Below the pieces are notes generated by a model. The model was not told the origin of the DNA and searched no databases. It worked only from the letters and a program-made list of their open reading frames with translations. A stretch of DNA of 64,000 nt, taken from positions 5,120,001-5,184,000 of the forward strand of contig OZ245842.1 of the NCBI GenBank assembly GCA_965228895.1, in the 5' to 3' direction. Positions 8,947 through 18,984 of this stretch are shown in pieces. Both the position numbers and the translations under genes were made by a program. Position 1 is the first letter of the stretch, and every line of letters begins with the position of its first letter. Origin of the DNA: Alphaproteobacteria bacterium (GTDB lineage: Bacteria > Pseudomonadota > Alphaproteobacteria > SP197).

Positions 8947-11859
8947 CTAGAGCTCCTGGCGCTGGTTGTCGGGATCATAGAAGGGCAGCGGCACGACCGT
9001 GCAGTCGACCATGCGTCCGCCCTCGACGCGGACCTGGAAACCGCTGCCGGGCTCGGCCTTCGCCAGCGGCACATAGGCAAGACCGATCGGTTTATCCAGG
9101 CTGGGCGACCAGCTGCACGACGTCACGCGCCCGGCAATGTCGCCGTCCTGGATCACCAGGTGGCATTCCTTCGGCAAGGGCGCGTCGTGATCGGGGATCT
9201 CGAAACCGACCAGCTTGCGGTCGAGATGCTTGCGCTGGATGTCGATCGAACGTTTGCCGACATAGAACGGACGTTTCTTGGCGAGCACCCATTCCATATC
9301 CGCTTCCAGCGGGTTGGTCAGACCGTCGGTGTCTTGGCTCACGATGATGTGGCCCTTCTCCAGGCGCAGCAGACGCTGGCATTCGACGCCGAAGGGTTTG
9401 ATGCCGTGCTCGGCGCCAGCCTCCATCAACGCATCCCACAGGGCTTCGCCGGAATGGGCGGGGGCGTGGATCTCGTAGCCGAGCTCGCCGACGAAACCGA
9501 CGCGCAACAGGCGCACGGGAATGCCGGCGACGACCGTCTGGCGCACGCCCATATAGGGGAAACCTTCAGCCGAGAGATCCTCGTCGGTCAGTTTCTGCAG
9601 GACGTCGCGTGACTTGGGTCCGGCGATGTTGACGCCGCAAAAAGCGCCGGTGACGTTGGTGACGTCGACCTTCAACCGCCACTGGGCATTCCAGAACAGC
9701 ATCTCGCGATAGACGCCGTCGACGCCGGACGTGGTCGCCGTGACGTAGAAGTGGTTGTCGTCGAAACGGCAGGCGACACCGTCATCGGTGATCACGCCGG
9801 TCATGTCGGTCATCAAAAGATACCGCGCCCGGCCTAGCTGCTGCTTCTTGTAGGCCCAGGTGTACATGCGCTCCAGCATCTCGGCGGCGTCGGGGCCGCG
9901 GATCTCCAGGCCGCCCAATGTCGAGACGTCGATCAGGCCGACATTTTCGCGCACGTTTTTCGCTTCGGCGCGGATCGCCATCTGCCGGTCGCTGCCGGCG
10001 TTGTAGACTTCCGGGCGATACCACAGACCGGCCAGCATCATGCTTGCGCCGGCTTCGCCGTGACGGTGGTGCATGGCGGTGAGCCGCGCGGGTTCGAAAC
10101 TGCGGCCGGCCAGCACGCCAATCTTCTCGGCGGTATAGGGCGGGCGCTGGGTTGTCATGCCGGCTTCGTTGACGCTGACCTCGTTGGCTTTCGCGTTCAG
10201 CCGGATCGCATTGAGCCAGGAGTGGCGGCCTTGGCTCGGCCCCATGCCGCAGGTCGAGAAGCGTTTCATCAGCTCGATATGGGCGTAACCCTCGGCGACC
10301 GCGTTGTTGAGGTCGTGGATCTGAAGGTCCTCGTCAAAGTCGACGAAGTCCTTGCCCTTGGGATGTTCGAACATCGGCCAGACGTGGTTCTGGCCGGTCT
10401 CGCCGCGATCGTTCCTGACCGTCGGGCGCGTGCCGCCGACAAAACCGGCGTCCTGCACCGCCGCCCAACCGGCCGCGCGTCCTTCCTCGATGACGGTGTC
10501 GAGCAGGAAGCATGCGTTGACCGAACCCGCCGCGTGCATCGTCGCCGGCAGTTCGGTGACGTGAAACATCGCGGTCTTGTCGTCATAGGGCGTCTTGCCG
10601 CCGGCATGCCAGATCAAGTTGGCGGCGGGCTGCCAGCCGATCGAGGTGATGATGGTGTCGCAATCGAAGATGTCGCGCCGTTCGGCGACCGTGCCTTGAC
10701 CGGTGATGCGTGCGATGCGCGCCGCCTCGATCCCGTTTAGATGCGGTTTGGCCTCGGCTTCGTAGATGGTCGCGCCGCCGATGATCGGCACACCGTGATC
10801 GGCGACCGCGTTGGCCAAGTCCGAGTCGTTGCGCGTCTCGTTCAAATCGGCAATGCAGGCGACCTCGACGCCGGCATCCATCAAATCCAGCGCGGTGGCG
10901 TAACCGTCGTTGTTGGCGGTCGCGATCACGGCGCGTTCGCCGGGTTTGACGCCATAGCGGTTCAACAGCCGCTGGGCGGCCGAGCCATACATGACGCCGG
11001 GCAGATCGTTGTTGCGGAACACCAGCGGCTGCTCATAGCTGCCGGTCGCGACGACGACAGATTTGGCGCGCAGCTTGTAGAGCCGGTTGCCCTGCATCAC
11101 CGGAATGAAGTTGTCGGTGTACCAGCCGTTGGCGATGGCACCTTCCAGGACGCGAATGTTGGCCTGGCCGCGCACCGCGTTGATCAGTTCGTCGCGGTGC
11201 TGTCCGGCAAGTTTGCCGTCGGCGTCAAACCTGGCATAGGTCAGCGCGCCGCCAAGCTGCGGGTTCTCGTCGATCAGGATGACCTCGACCTCACTGTTGG
11301 CGCGCGCCGCTTCCAGTGCCGCGGCAAGACCCGCCGGTCCGGCACCGACGACGCAGACATCGCAGAACAGATACTGCTTGTCGTAATAGCCGTGCGGTGT
11401 GTCGGGGTTCACCTTGCCCAGGCCCGCCATACGCCGGATCAGCTTTTCCCAGTACTTCCAACTGCCCTTCGGCTTGTAGAACGCCTTGTAATAGAAACCG
11501 ACGGGCATGAACTTGCCCATCTTGTCGAGCATCTGGGCGCGGTCGTTATCCAGGCTGCCGAAGACGTTTTGCGGCGTCACTGCCATGCCGGTTTTGATCG
11601 GCGCGATATCGGCATTGACGTTCGGCTCATCACCGACCTGCACCAGACCGTTGGCGTCGTGTCCGGCGGCTGAGAGTGTCGCGCGCGGGCGGTGATACTT
11701 GAACGAACGCGAGATCGTCTTGATGCCGTTGGCGTAGAGCGCCGAGGTGATGGTATCGCCCTCGAAGCCCATGTAGCGCTTGCCGTCGAAGCTGAAGTCG
11801 ATCCGGTCGTCGCGATTGATGAAGAGACCCTTGGGTGCGTCGAGACGGTTGCTGCTCAT
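8947..11859 (-). CDS. mgdC: N-methylglutamate dehydrogenase alpha subunit (SoxA-like)
   Basis: SRSFKYHRPR, VVGAGPAGL, FRNNDLPGVM, GMGPSQG, DVSTLG, GFVGELGYE, LRLEKGH, FYDP. Confidence 0.9.
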   Translation of the reverse strand: MSSNRLDAPKGLFINRDDRIDFSFDGKRYMGFEGDTITSALYANGIKTISRSFKYHRPRATLSAAGHDANGLVQVGDEPNVNADIAPIKTGMAVTPQNVFGSLDNDRAQMLDKMGKFMPVGFYYKAFYKPKGSWKYWEKLIRRMAGLGKVNPDTPHGYYDKQYLFCDVCVVGAGPAGLAAALEAARANSEVEVILIDENPQLGGALTYARFDADGKLAGQHRDELINAVRGQANIRVLEGAIANGWYTDNFIPVMQGNRLYKLRAKSVVVATGSYEQPLVFRNNDLPGVMYGSAAQRLLNRYGVKPGERAVIATANNDGYATALDLMDAGVEVACIADLNETRNDSDLANAVADHGVPIIGGATIYEAEAKPHLNGIEAARIARITGQGTVAERRDIFDCDTIITSIGWQPAANLIWHAGGKTPYDDKTAMFHVTELPATMHAAGSVNACFLLDTVIEEGRAAGWAAVQDAGFVGGTRPTVRNDRGETGQNHVWPMFEHPKGKDFVDFDEDLQIHDLNNAVAEGYAHIELMKRFSTCGMGPSQGRHSWLNAIRLNAKANEVSVNEAGMTTQRPPYTAEKIGVLAGRSFEPARLTAMHHRHGEAGASMMLAGLWYRPEVYNAGSDRQMAIRAEAKNVRENVGLIDVSTLGGLEIRGPDAAEMLERMYTWAYKKQQLGRARYLLMTDMTGVITDDGVACRFDDNHFYVTATTSGVDGVYREMLFWNAQWRLKVDVTNVTGAFCGVNIAGPKSRDVLQKLTDEDLSAEGFPYMGVRQTVVAGIPVRLLRVGFVGELGYEIHAPAHSGEALWDALMEAGAEHGIKPFGVECQRLLRLEKGHIIVSQDTDGLTNPLEADMEWVLAKKRPFYVGKRSIDIQRKHLDRKLVGFEIPDHDAPLPKECHLVIQDGDIAGRVTSCSWSPSLDKPIGLAYVPLAKAEPGSGFQVRVEGGRMVDCTVVPLPFYDPDNQRQEL

Positions 11860-12167
11860 GACGTCTCTCCCGGCGTCTGATCAGGTGGGGGCGCGTTAAA
11901 GTCGACGCGGTCTTTGTAAATGTCGCTCGCCGGATAGGTCTTCAGAATGTCATCGGTGCGCGTGTCGCGCTCGGCGATGAACCAATAGGCGGTCGGTGTG
12001 TGATACCACCACTCGCGCACGATGCCGGCCGTGTTGTTTTCCAGATAGACATAGTCGATCCACGTGTCTTCGTCGCAATCCGGCGCAGGCAACTCTTCCA
12101 CTTCGCCGCCATAGGCGAACTCGGAGATGTTGCGTGGCCCGTTGAGCGGGCAAGGCATGACTTTCAT
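11856..12167 (-). CDS. mgdB: N-methylglutamate dehydrogenase delta subunit (SoxD-like)
   Basis: CPLNGPRNISEFAYGGE, EWWYH, ERDT. Confidence 0.88.
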   Translation of the reverse strand: MKVMPCPLNGPRNISEFAYGGEVEELPAPDCDEDTWIDYVYLENNTAGIVREWWYHTPTAYWFIAERDTRTDDILKTYPASDIYKDRVDFNAPPPDQTPGETS

Positions 12168-12179
12168 GGTCTTGTTCTC

Positions 12180-13436
12180 TCAGTGGCCGACGCTGGCGGC
12201 GCCCTTTTCGCCGACCAGCTTGAAGTCGTGATAACGCTGCAGGGCGAAGGGCGCGATCAGGTCAGGGACGTTACCGGTCGCCAGCATCTCGGCGTTGCGT
12301 TTGCCGCACACCGGTGTCGCCTTGAAACCCCAGGTGCCCCAGCCGGCGTCGATGTAATAGTTGTCGACCGGCGTCTCGCCCATGATCGGCGCGAAGTCCG
12401 GCGTCATGTCGGTCATGCCGGCCCATTGGCGCAACAGTTTGACCTCGCCGATATAGGGCAGGAGCTCGAGCATGTGCATCATCAGCCCCTCCTTGAAGTC
12501 GAGCGTGCTGCGGGTCTGGTAGACACCGTAGGGATCGGTCGATCCGCCCATGACCAGTTCGCCGCGCGCCGACTGCGAGACGTAAACGTGCAGGCTGCCC
12601 GAAACAACGATCGCGTCGAGGAAGGGTTTGAGCGGCTGGCTCACGCAAGCCTGGAGCGGCACGGTTTTGATCGGCAGCTTGAAACCCGCCATCTTGGCGA
12701 CCTCGCCCGACATGCCGGCGACCGCCTGCAGCACCTTGCCCGCCTTGATTGTGCCGCGCGTCGTCTTGACGCCGGTGATCTTCGGCGGTGCGCCGTTGGC
12801 CGGCGTGATGTCGAAGCCGGTGACTTCGGTGTTCTGATGGATCTCGACGCCGCGCTTGGCCGCGCCGACGCCGTAGCCCCAGGCGACGGCGTCGTGGCGC
12901 GCGATAGCGCCGGGCTCGTGGTAGAGCGCACCCATGATCGGATAACGCACGTCTTCGGAATAGTTGAGCTGCGGCACCATCTTCTGCAGCTCGTCGCGCA
13001 GCACGAGTTCGGAATTGATGCCGAAGTGTTTGTTAACCTCGGCGCGCCAACGCATGGTCCTGAGCGCCGAATCTGTATGGGCAAGCGTGTAATGGCCGCG
13101 CTTCGAATACATGAGGTTCATGTCGAAGTCGTTGGCCAGGTCCTGATAGAGCGTGACCGATTCGTCGTAGAACTTGACGCCTTCGGGCGTCAGATAATTC
13201 GAGCGGATGATCGTCGTGTTGCGGCCGGTGTTGCCGCCGCCGATATAGCCCTTGTCCAGCACCGCGACATTGGTGATGCCGTGGTCGCGGGCCAGATAAT
13301 AGGCGGTGGCCAAACCATGGCCGCCGCCCCCGACAATGACGATATCGTAGCTGTCTTTCAGATCGGTCGCCGGCGGCAACACGCGCGGCACCGGATGACC
13401 TTTGCTAAGCCCGAATTTGAGCAGTCCGAACGGCAT
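12180..13436 (-). CDS. mgdA: N-methylglutamate dehydrogenase beta subunit (SoxB-like FAD)
   Basis: GGGGHGLATAYYLA, GNTGRNTTIIRSNY, ARHDAVAWGY, GWGTWGFKATP, EKGAASVGH. Confidence 0.9.
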   Translation of the reverse strand: MPFGLLKFGLSKGHPVPRVLPPATDLKDSYDIVIVGGGGHGLATAYYLARDHGITNVAVLDKGYIGGGNTGRNTTIIRSNYLTPEGVKFYDESVTLYQDLANDFDMNLMYSKRGHYTLAHTDSALRTMRWRAEVNKHFGINSELVLRDELQKMVPQLNYSEDVRYPIMGALYHEPGAIARHDAVAWGYGVGAAKRGVEIHQNTEVTGFDITPANGAPPKITGVKTTRGTIKAGKVLQAVAGMSGEVAKMAGFKLPIKTVPLQACVSQPLKPFLDAIVVSGSLHVYVSQSARGELVMGGSTDPYGVYQTRSTLDFKEGLMMHMLELLPYIGEVKLLRQWAGMTDMTPDFAPIMGETPVDNYYIDAGWGTWGFKATPVCGKRNAEMLATGNVPDLIAPFALQRYHDFKLVGEKGAASVGH

Positions 13437-13571
13437 GAACGTCCCCTCGCCTGACCTTGGCGCAAGCTAGATCAGCCCTGCGCACGAGTCCACGTCTTCT
13501 ATACCGCTTTACACCGATTCCGGACCATTTCAAGCCAATTCAGACCAGTCGTAGCGCATTGCAGGATTGTT

Positions 13572-14123
13572 TTACGACGCGACCTGTTGCGCCAGGAGAT
13601 CCTTGGCGGCGGCATCGAAGATGCCATGGTCACCCAGCGTCGAGGCCAACAGCATGGCGCCTTGCAGCGCCGCCACGATGTGAATTGCCCGGCTGCGGCG
13701 CTCGGCTGGCGGCAGGGACTCGGGCAGGGACTCGGTCAACCATTGAATGTTGGCCTCGAAGAAGGCGGCGACCGCATCGGCGAGCGCCGGCGGCAGGCCA
13801 CGGCTTTCCACGCCCAGCATGACGCACAGGCAAATGCGGTCGGACCCGACCAGGGCCTGGCGGTAGAGGCCGCAGAAGGTGCGCAGCCGATCCTCGGGCG
13901 TTTGCGCGCGTTTGGTCAGCGTCTCCAGCGCGGCAAAGAAGCGCTCGCGATAACGCGCGACAAGCGCCAGGCCGAGGTCCTCCTTCTGACGGAAGTAATA
14001 GTGGACGCTTGAACTCTTGATGCCGATCTCTTCGGCGAGATCGCGAAAACTGACAGCGTGATAGCCGCGCAGGCGCACATCGCTCTCGGCGGCATCCAGA
14101 AGGGTTTCCAGGGTTTCGCTCAT
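13572..14123 (-). CDS. TetR/AcrR-family regulator (NemR/LmrA-like)
   Basis: GYHAVSFRDLAEEIGIKSSSVHYYFRQKEDL HTH; RICLC; start likely ATG 14123. Confidence 0.88.
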   Translation of the reverse strand: MSETLETLLDAAESDVRLRGYHAVSFRDLAEEIGIKSSSVHYYFRQKEDLGLALVARYRERFFAALETLTKRAQTPEDRLRTFCGLYRQALVGSDRICLCVMLGVESRGLPPALADAVAAFFEANIQWLTESLPESLPPAERRSRAIHIVAALQGAMLLASTLGDHGIFDAAAKDLLAQQVAS

Positions 14124-14144
14124 CGTCGTCTCACATTTTTCCGC

Positions 14145-14214
14145 ATCTATCGATAGATAGGCTTGACAGGTTTGTGGGTCCATGACAAATCTATCTACCT
14201 ATTGATAGATAGAT
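14145..14214. promoter_or_regulatory. Two palindromic TetR operators and a -35 box between divergent TetR and GST
   Basis: ATCTATCGATAGAT (14145-14158), TTGACA (14163-14168), ATCTATCTA-N8-TAGATAGAT (14189-14214). Confidence 0.7.
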
Positions 14215-14224
14215 GGAGGCGATC

Positions 14225-14845
14225 ATGAAGATTTACGACTACGAAGGTTTCCCGAACCCCGCCCGGGTGCGCATGGCCATCGCCGAAAAGGGGCTTGCCG
14301 ACCAGATCGAGTTCATCACCGTCGACGTGCCGAACGGTGAACACAAGAAACCGGCGTTTCTGGCCAAGAACCCGTCCGGCGCGGTACCGGTGCTGGAGCT
14401 TGATGACGGCGTCACGATTGCCGAATGCACGGCGATCACGGAATACCTGGATCACGCCGTCGGCGAACCGACGTTGACCGGGCGCACGCCCAGGGAACGC
14501 GCGGTCATTCACATGATGCAGCGGCGCGCTGAGGCCGGTTTGATGGACGCGGTCGGCGCCTATTTCCACCTCGCCACGCCGGGCCTTGGCCCCGACATCG
14601 AGACCTACCAGTGCGAGGTCTGGGGCAACCATCAACGCGAGCGTGCGGTGGCGGGCATGCGTTATCTCGACGGCGTGCTGGCCGACCGGCCCTATCTCGC
14701 CGGCGACGACTTCTCGGTTGCCGATATCACGGCCTTCGCCGGCCTGGCCTTTGCGGATTTCGCCAAGGTCGACGTGCCTGCGGCATGCACGAACCTCAAG
14801 GCATGGCGCGAACGTGTCGCGCAGCGCCCGAGCGCCGGCGGCTAA
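14225..14845 (+). CDS. Glutathione S-transferase family protein
   Basis: FPNPARVRMAIAEKG, KNPSGAVPVLELDDG, ECTAITEYLD, AGDDFSVADIT; GGAGG RBS. Confidence 0.92.
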   Translation: MKIYDYEGFPNPARVRMAIAEKGLADQIEFITVDVPNGEHKKPAFLAKNPSGAVPVLELDDGVTIAECTAITEYLDHAVGEPTLTGRTPRERAVIHMMQRRAEAGLMDAVGAYFHLATPGLGPDIETYQCEVWGNHQRERAVAGMRYLDGVLADRPYLAGDDFSVADITAFAGLAFADFAKVDVPAACTNLKAWRERVAQRPSAGG

Positions 14846-14854
14846 GCCTGTACC

Positions 14855-15535
14855 ATGCAGGTCAACGCGAACTTTCGCGAACGGGTCGCCGTCCATGCCG
14901 CCGAATTGCCATGGACGGCCTCACCCATGCCCGGCGTCGAACGGCGCATGCTCGACCGGCTGGGCGGTGAGGTCGCCCGCGCCACGACAATCGTGCGCTA
15001 TGCGCCGCAAAGCGCGTTCTCGCGCCATGTGCACACGGGCGGCGAGGAGTTCCTGGTGCTGGACGGCGTCTTCCAGGACGAACACGGCGACTTCCGTGCG
15101 GGCAGTTATGTCCGCAATCCCCCACAATCCCGGCACACGCCGGGGTCGGCGCCCGGTTGCACGATCTTCGTCAAACTCTGGCAGTTCGATCCGGCCGACC
15201 GCCATCACGTCACCATCGACACCAATAGCGGGACCTACGCGCCCGCCGACGGGCGATCTGGGGTCGACGTGCTGCCGCTGTATCGCGACGATCGCGAAGT
15301 CGTGACGATGGAACGCTGGCAGGCTGGCGCCTTGATCGATCTCGACGCGCCGGAGGGTCTCGAAGTTCTCGTGCTCGACGGATCGTTCGCCGAAGACGGC
15401 GAGACGTTCCAACGGATGTCGTGGCTTCGCTTGCCGCGACAAGGCTCGGCAAGCGTGCTCGCAGGACCCGACGGCGCAAAGGTCTGGATCAAGCGGGATC
15501 ATCTCGCGGTGCCGCCTGAGGCCCCTGCCGTCTAG
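14855..15535 (+). CDS. ChrR-like double cupin protein
   Basis: SPMPGVERRMLDR..EVARATTIVRY, HVHTGGEEFLVLDGVFQDEHG, YVRNPP..RHTP, FVKLWQF. Confidence 0.85.
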   Translation: MQVNANFRERVAVHAAELPWTASPMPGVERRMLDRLGGEVARATTIVRYAPQSAFSRHVHTGGEEFLVLDGVFQDEHGDFRAGSYVRNPPQSRHTPGSAPGCTIFVKLWQFDPADRHHVTIDTNSGTYAPADGRSGVDVLPLYRDDREVVTMERWQAGALIDLDAPEGLEVLVLDGSFAEDGETFQRMSWLRLPRQGSASVLAGPDGAKVWIKRDHLAVPPEAPAV

Positions 15536-15663
15536 CGCGGCGACGTCGGCGCCCGCGCTCGTCTCTGGACCAGCGCGCCCGATCCCAGTAACAGTCTGAC
15601 CGAAGCAGGGCTGCGCGGGACATTGTGCCGCGTGGCACAGGCGTCGATTGAAGGGGGTGCGCC

Positions 15664-16527
15664 ATGGAGATCGTACCGGTCAGCCATCACCGCTGTAAGC
15701 TGGGTGAAGGCCCGCTGTGGGATGCGGCCGATCAGGTCCTGTTCTGGGTCGACAGCCTGGCGCCCGCGCTGTTCCGCCATGATCCCGCCAGTGGCACGAC
15801 CGATCGCTGGGCATTGCCGGAACGAACTGTCGGCAGCCTTGCCGTGCGCGAAAGCGGCGGATTGATCCTGGCCATGGAACAGGGTTTTCACGGCTTTGAC
15901 CTGGAAACCTGGACGGCGACGCCACTGAGCGAGCCCATGGCCGGCCGTGACGACGTCAGGCTGAACGATGGCAAGGTCGACCGCGCCGGACGGTTCCTGG
16001 CCGGCGGCATGAACCGGGATTACATCAACGACACCGATCCCAAGGGTGTGCTTTACCGGCTGGATGGCGATCTCGGTGTCGCCGAGTTGCTCGATGGCTT
16101 CATCTGTTTCAACGGGCCCTGCTTCAGCCCCGACGGCGGAACGCTCTACGTCACCGGCCGGGATACGTCCGCCATCGAAGCGTTCAACTACGACCAAACG
16201 TCAGGCGCGCTGAGCAAGGGCCGGGTTCTTATCGCCGACATCAATCCCGACGGCGCAACGGTGGACACCGACGGCTGTTTGTGGAGCGCGCAATGGGACG
16301 ACGCGTGTCTGCTGCGCATCACGCCGGACGGCACGATCGATGCGCGGATCGACGTGCCCGGCCAGACCGTCACGTCGGTCATGTTCGGGGGGCCCGACCT
16401 CGACATCATCTTTGTGACGACAGCACTGGGCGACGATGCCGACACCGCGACGCCCGAAGCAGGGCGTACCCTGGCGATCCATGGGTCCGGTTACCGCGGT
16501 CTCGCCGAAGCCCGGTTCGATGGTTAG
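15664..16527 (+). CDS. SMP-30/gluconolactonase/LRE family protein
   Basis: LGEGPLWD, RLNDGKVDRAGRF, NGPCFSPDG, PDGATVD, TSVMFGG. Confidence 0.9.
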   Translation: MEIVPVSHHRCKLGEGPLWDAADQVLFWVDSLAPALFRHDPASGTTDRWALPERTVGSLAVRESGGLILAMEQGFHGFDLETWTATPLSEPMAGRDDVRLNDGKVDRAGRFLAGGMNRDYINDTDPKGVLYRLDGDLGVAELLDGFICFNGPCFSPDGGTLYVTGRDTSAIEAFNYDQTSGALSKGRVLIADINPDGATVDTDGCLWSAQWDDACLLRITPDGTIDARIDVPGQTVTSVMFGGPDLDIIFVTTALGDDADTATPEAGRTLAIHGSGYRGLAEARFDG

Positions 16528-16542
16528 GGACGGGATCGCGGT

Positions 16543-17724
16543 ATGAGCGAACGACATGACAAGTTCGACGTCGTTGTGGTCGGCGGCGGCATCGTCGGCT
16601 CAACGGCGGCGTTTTATCTGGCGCGCCGCGGCGCAACGGTTGCGCTCGTCGAGCGTGACGCGATCGGCGGCGGCACGACCAGCCGCTCCTTCACCTGGAT
16701 CAACGCGACATCGAAGGTCGCCGACGAAGCCTATCACCGGCTCAACGCCACGGGCTGCGTCCTCTACGAGACGCTCGCTGAGGAGTTTGGCGCGGCGACC
16801 ATAGGATGGCATCGCACCGGTATGCTGCAGGGTGTGCGTCGCAGTAACGACAGCGGTTATGCCGCTATGCGCGAGCAGGCCGCTTCTCTCGAGCAATACG
16901 GTTACCCGCATCGTCTTGTCGGCGCGGCGGAGTTGGCCACGCTCGAACCGGGTATCCGGTTCGACGACGACATCGAAGCGATCTACGCGACATCCGATGC
17001 TTGGCTCGACGCGCCGCTGTTCGCAGGTTTCCTGGTCAAGAGGTTGCGCGCCATGGGATCGGCGGTCGTCGAAGACTGTGCGGCGAAGACCCTGGTCGTG
17101 GACGACGACGGCACCATCACCGGCGTGACCACCGACGCCGGCCACTTTAACGCGCCCAACGTGTTGCTGGCCGCCGGTCCCGATACGCCGGAGGTCCTTG
17201 CGGGCCTGACCGGTTACGACGCCTTTGCCGCGCGCTTCCCGATGAAACAGGTGCCCGGTCTGCTGCTGACGACACCGGCCAATGCCGAATCGCGGTGCCT
17301 GCGCCACGTCATCTACGTCGACGATCCGGCCGATGCGATGCATCTGCGTCCCGATGCCACGGGCGGTCTGCGAATCGGCGCTGACGATGCCGACGGCATG
17401 GTGGCCGAGGACGCCTCGCCCGAACGGGTCCGCGCAGCCGCCGCCAAGATCCTGGCACGCGCCATGTCCCGGTTTCCGGGCGTCGTCGGTAAGGTCGCGT
17501 TAGACGATTGCCACGCCGCCATCGGCATTCGGCCTTATCCGCTGGACGGCAAGACCTTGGCCGGCCCGCTGCCGGGGTCCGAGGGGCTCTATGTGATCGC
17601 CACCCACAGCGGCATCACGCTCGCCCCGGCGCTCGGTCAGTTGATGGCCGACCTCATCATCGATGGTGACCTGCCCGACGCACTCAAGCCGTTTTCCCTG
17701 GAGCGCTTCCCGGGGTTTGCCTGA
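16543..17724 (+). CDS. FAD-dependent oxidoreductase, DAO/glycine oxidase family
   Basis: VVVGGGIVG, GGTTSRSFTWIN, GIRPYPLDG, THSGITLAP. Confidence 0.88.
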   Translation: MSERHDKFDVVVVGGGIVGSTAAFYLARRGATVALVERDAIGGGTTSRSFTWINATSKVADEAYHRLNATGCVLYETLAEEFGAATIGWHRTGMLQGVRRSNDSGYAAMREQAASLEQYGYPHRLVGAAELATLEPGIRFDDDIEAIYATSDAWLDAPLFAGFLVKRLRAMGSAVVEDCAAKTLVVDDDGTITGVTTDAGHFNAPNVLLAAGPDTPEVLAGLTGYDAFAARFPMKQVPGLLLTTPANAESRCLRHVIYVDDPADAMHLRPDATGGLRIGADDADGMVAEDASPERVRAAAAKILARAMSRFPGVVGKVALDDCHAAIGIRPYPLDGKTLAGPLPGSEGLYVIATHSGITLAPALGQLMADLIIDGDLPDALKPFSLERFPGFA

Positions 17725-17727
17725 GCC

Positions 17728-18984
17728 TCAGTGGCTGGCGGCGGTCGCCGCCTTGTCGTCGAGCAAGCCGAAGGTGGAGAACCGTTCCAGCGAAAACGCG
17801 GTGATCAGGTCCGGCGTCTTGTCGCGGGCGATCAGTTCCGCGTTGGTCTTGCCGCACACCGGCGTTGCCTTGAACCCCCACGTGCCCCAGCCGGCGTCAA
17901 TGTAGTAGTTGTCGATGACGGTCTTGCCCATGATCGGTGAATAGTCCGGGGTCATGTCGGTCATGCCGGCCCATTGGCGCAGGATCTTTGTCTCGGCCAG
18001 GAACGGAAAGAGTTCGAGCGTCGCCGACATCCAGGCTTCCTTCATCTCGAGCGTCGAACGCGTGCTGTAGAGCGTATAGGGATCGGAGCCGCCGCCGATG
18101 ACCACCTCGCCGCGCGCGGTCTGCGACAGATAGACGTGCAATTGCGCCGAACTGATCAGGGGATCCAGGAACGGCTTCAAGGGCTGTGTGACGCCGGCCT
18201 GCAGGGGAAAGGTTTTGATCGGCAGCTTGATGCCGACCATGGCGGCAATCACGCTCGACATGCCGGCGACACATTGGATGACCTGACCGGCCTTGATCGT
18301 GCCGCGGTTCGTGTGCACCTCGCTGACCCGCCCGCCGCCGCCATTGGGTTTGTCGACCGAGATGCCGGTGACTTCGGTCTTCTGGTGCAGCTCGACGCCA
18401 CGCTGCCAGGCGCCGCCGCCATAACCCCAGGCGACCGCATCGTGACGCGCGATGGAGCCGGGATGGTGATGCAGTGCGCCCTGGATCGGGTGGCGCGTCT
18501 CCGCCGATACGTCCAGGAACGGCACCAGGCGGGCCAGCTCGTCGCGGTCGACGAGGTCGCTGGCGATGTTGAAGTGACGGCTGACCTCGTCACGCCAACG
18601 CATGGTGCGCATTTGGGCGTCGGTGTGGGCGATGGTGATCTGGCTGCGCTCCGACATCATGAGGTTGAGGTCGAAGTCGTGGGCCAGATCCCGGTAGAGC
18701 CTGACCGAGGTGTCGTAGAATTTGACGCCCTCCGGCGTCAGGTAGTTCGACCGGATGACCATGGTGTTGCGACCGGTGTTGCCGCTGCCCAGGTAATTTT
18801 TCTCCAGCACCGCGACATTGGTGATGCCGTGGTCGCGGGCTAGGTAGTACGCGGTCGCCAGGCCATGGCCGCCACCGCCGATGATGACGACATCGTAGGC
18901 CGGCTTCAGATCCGACGGCGTCGGCAAGACGCGGGGCGGCTGGCCGTCACGCTTCAGAGCGTGTCGAAGAAGCGAGAAGGGCAT
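17728..18984 (-). CDS. Second, stand-alone MgdA/SoxB-like FAD subunit
   Basis: Same motifs as 12180-13436 (GGGGHGLATAYYLARDHG, RSNYLTPEGVKFYD, GWGTWGFKATP). MPF start at 18984 aligns with mgdA. Confidence 0.88.
   Translation of the reverse strand: MPFSLLRHALKRDGQPPRVLPTPSDLKPAYDVVIIGGGGHGLATAYYLARDHGITNVAVLEKNYLGSGNTGRNTMVIRSNYLTPEGVKFYDTSVRLYRDLAHDFDLNLMMSERSQITIAHTDAQMRTMRWRDEVSRHFNIASDLVDRDELARLVPFLDVSAETRHPIQGALHHHPGSIARHDAVAWGYGGGAWQRGVELHQKTEVTGISVDKPNGGGGRVSEVHTNRGTIKAGQVIQCVAGMSSVIAAMVGIKLPIKTFPLQAGVTQPLKPFLDPLISSAQLHVYLSQTARGEVVIGGGSDPYTLYSTRSTLEMKEAWMSATLELFPFLAETKILRQWAGMTDMTPDYSPIMGKTVIDNYYIDAGWGTWGFKATPVCGKTNAELIARDKTPDLITAFSLERFSTFGLLDDKAATAASH

Noticed and set aside
8236-13436. 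Sarcosine oxidase soxBDAG
   Set aside because: Same fold, but linkage to mgsABC/gmaS favours NMG dehydrogenase; sarcosine activity is not excluded.
8383-13454. Plus-strand ORFs of 226-484 aa opposite mgdABCD
   Set aside because: Shadow ORFs on the non-coding strand.
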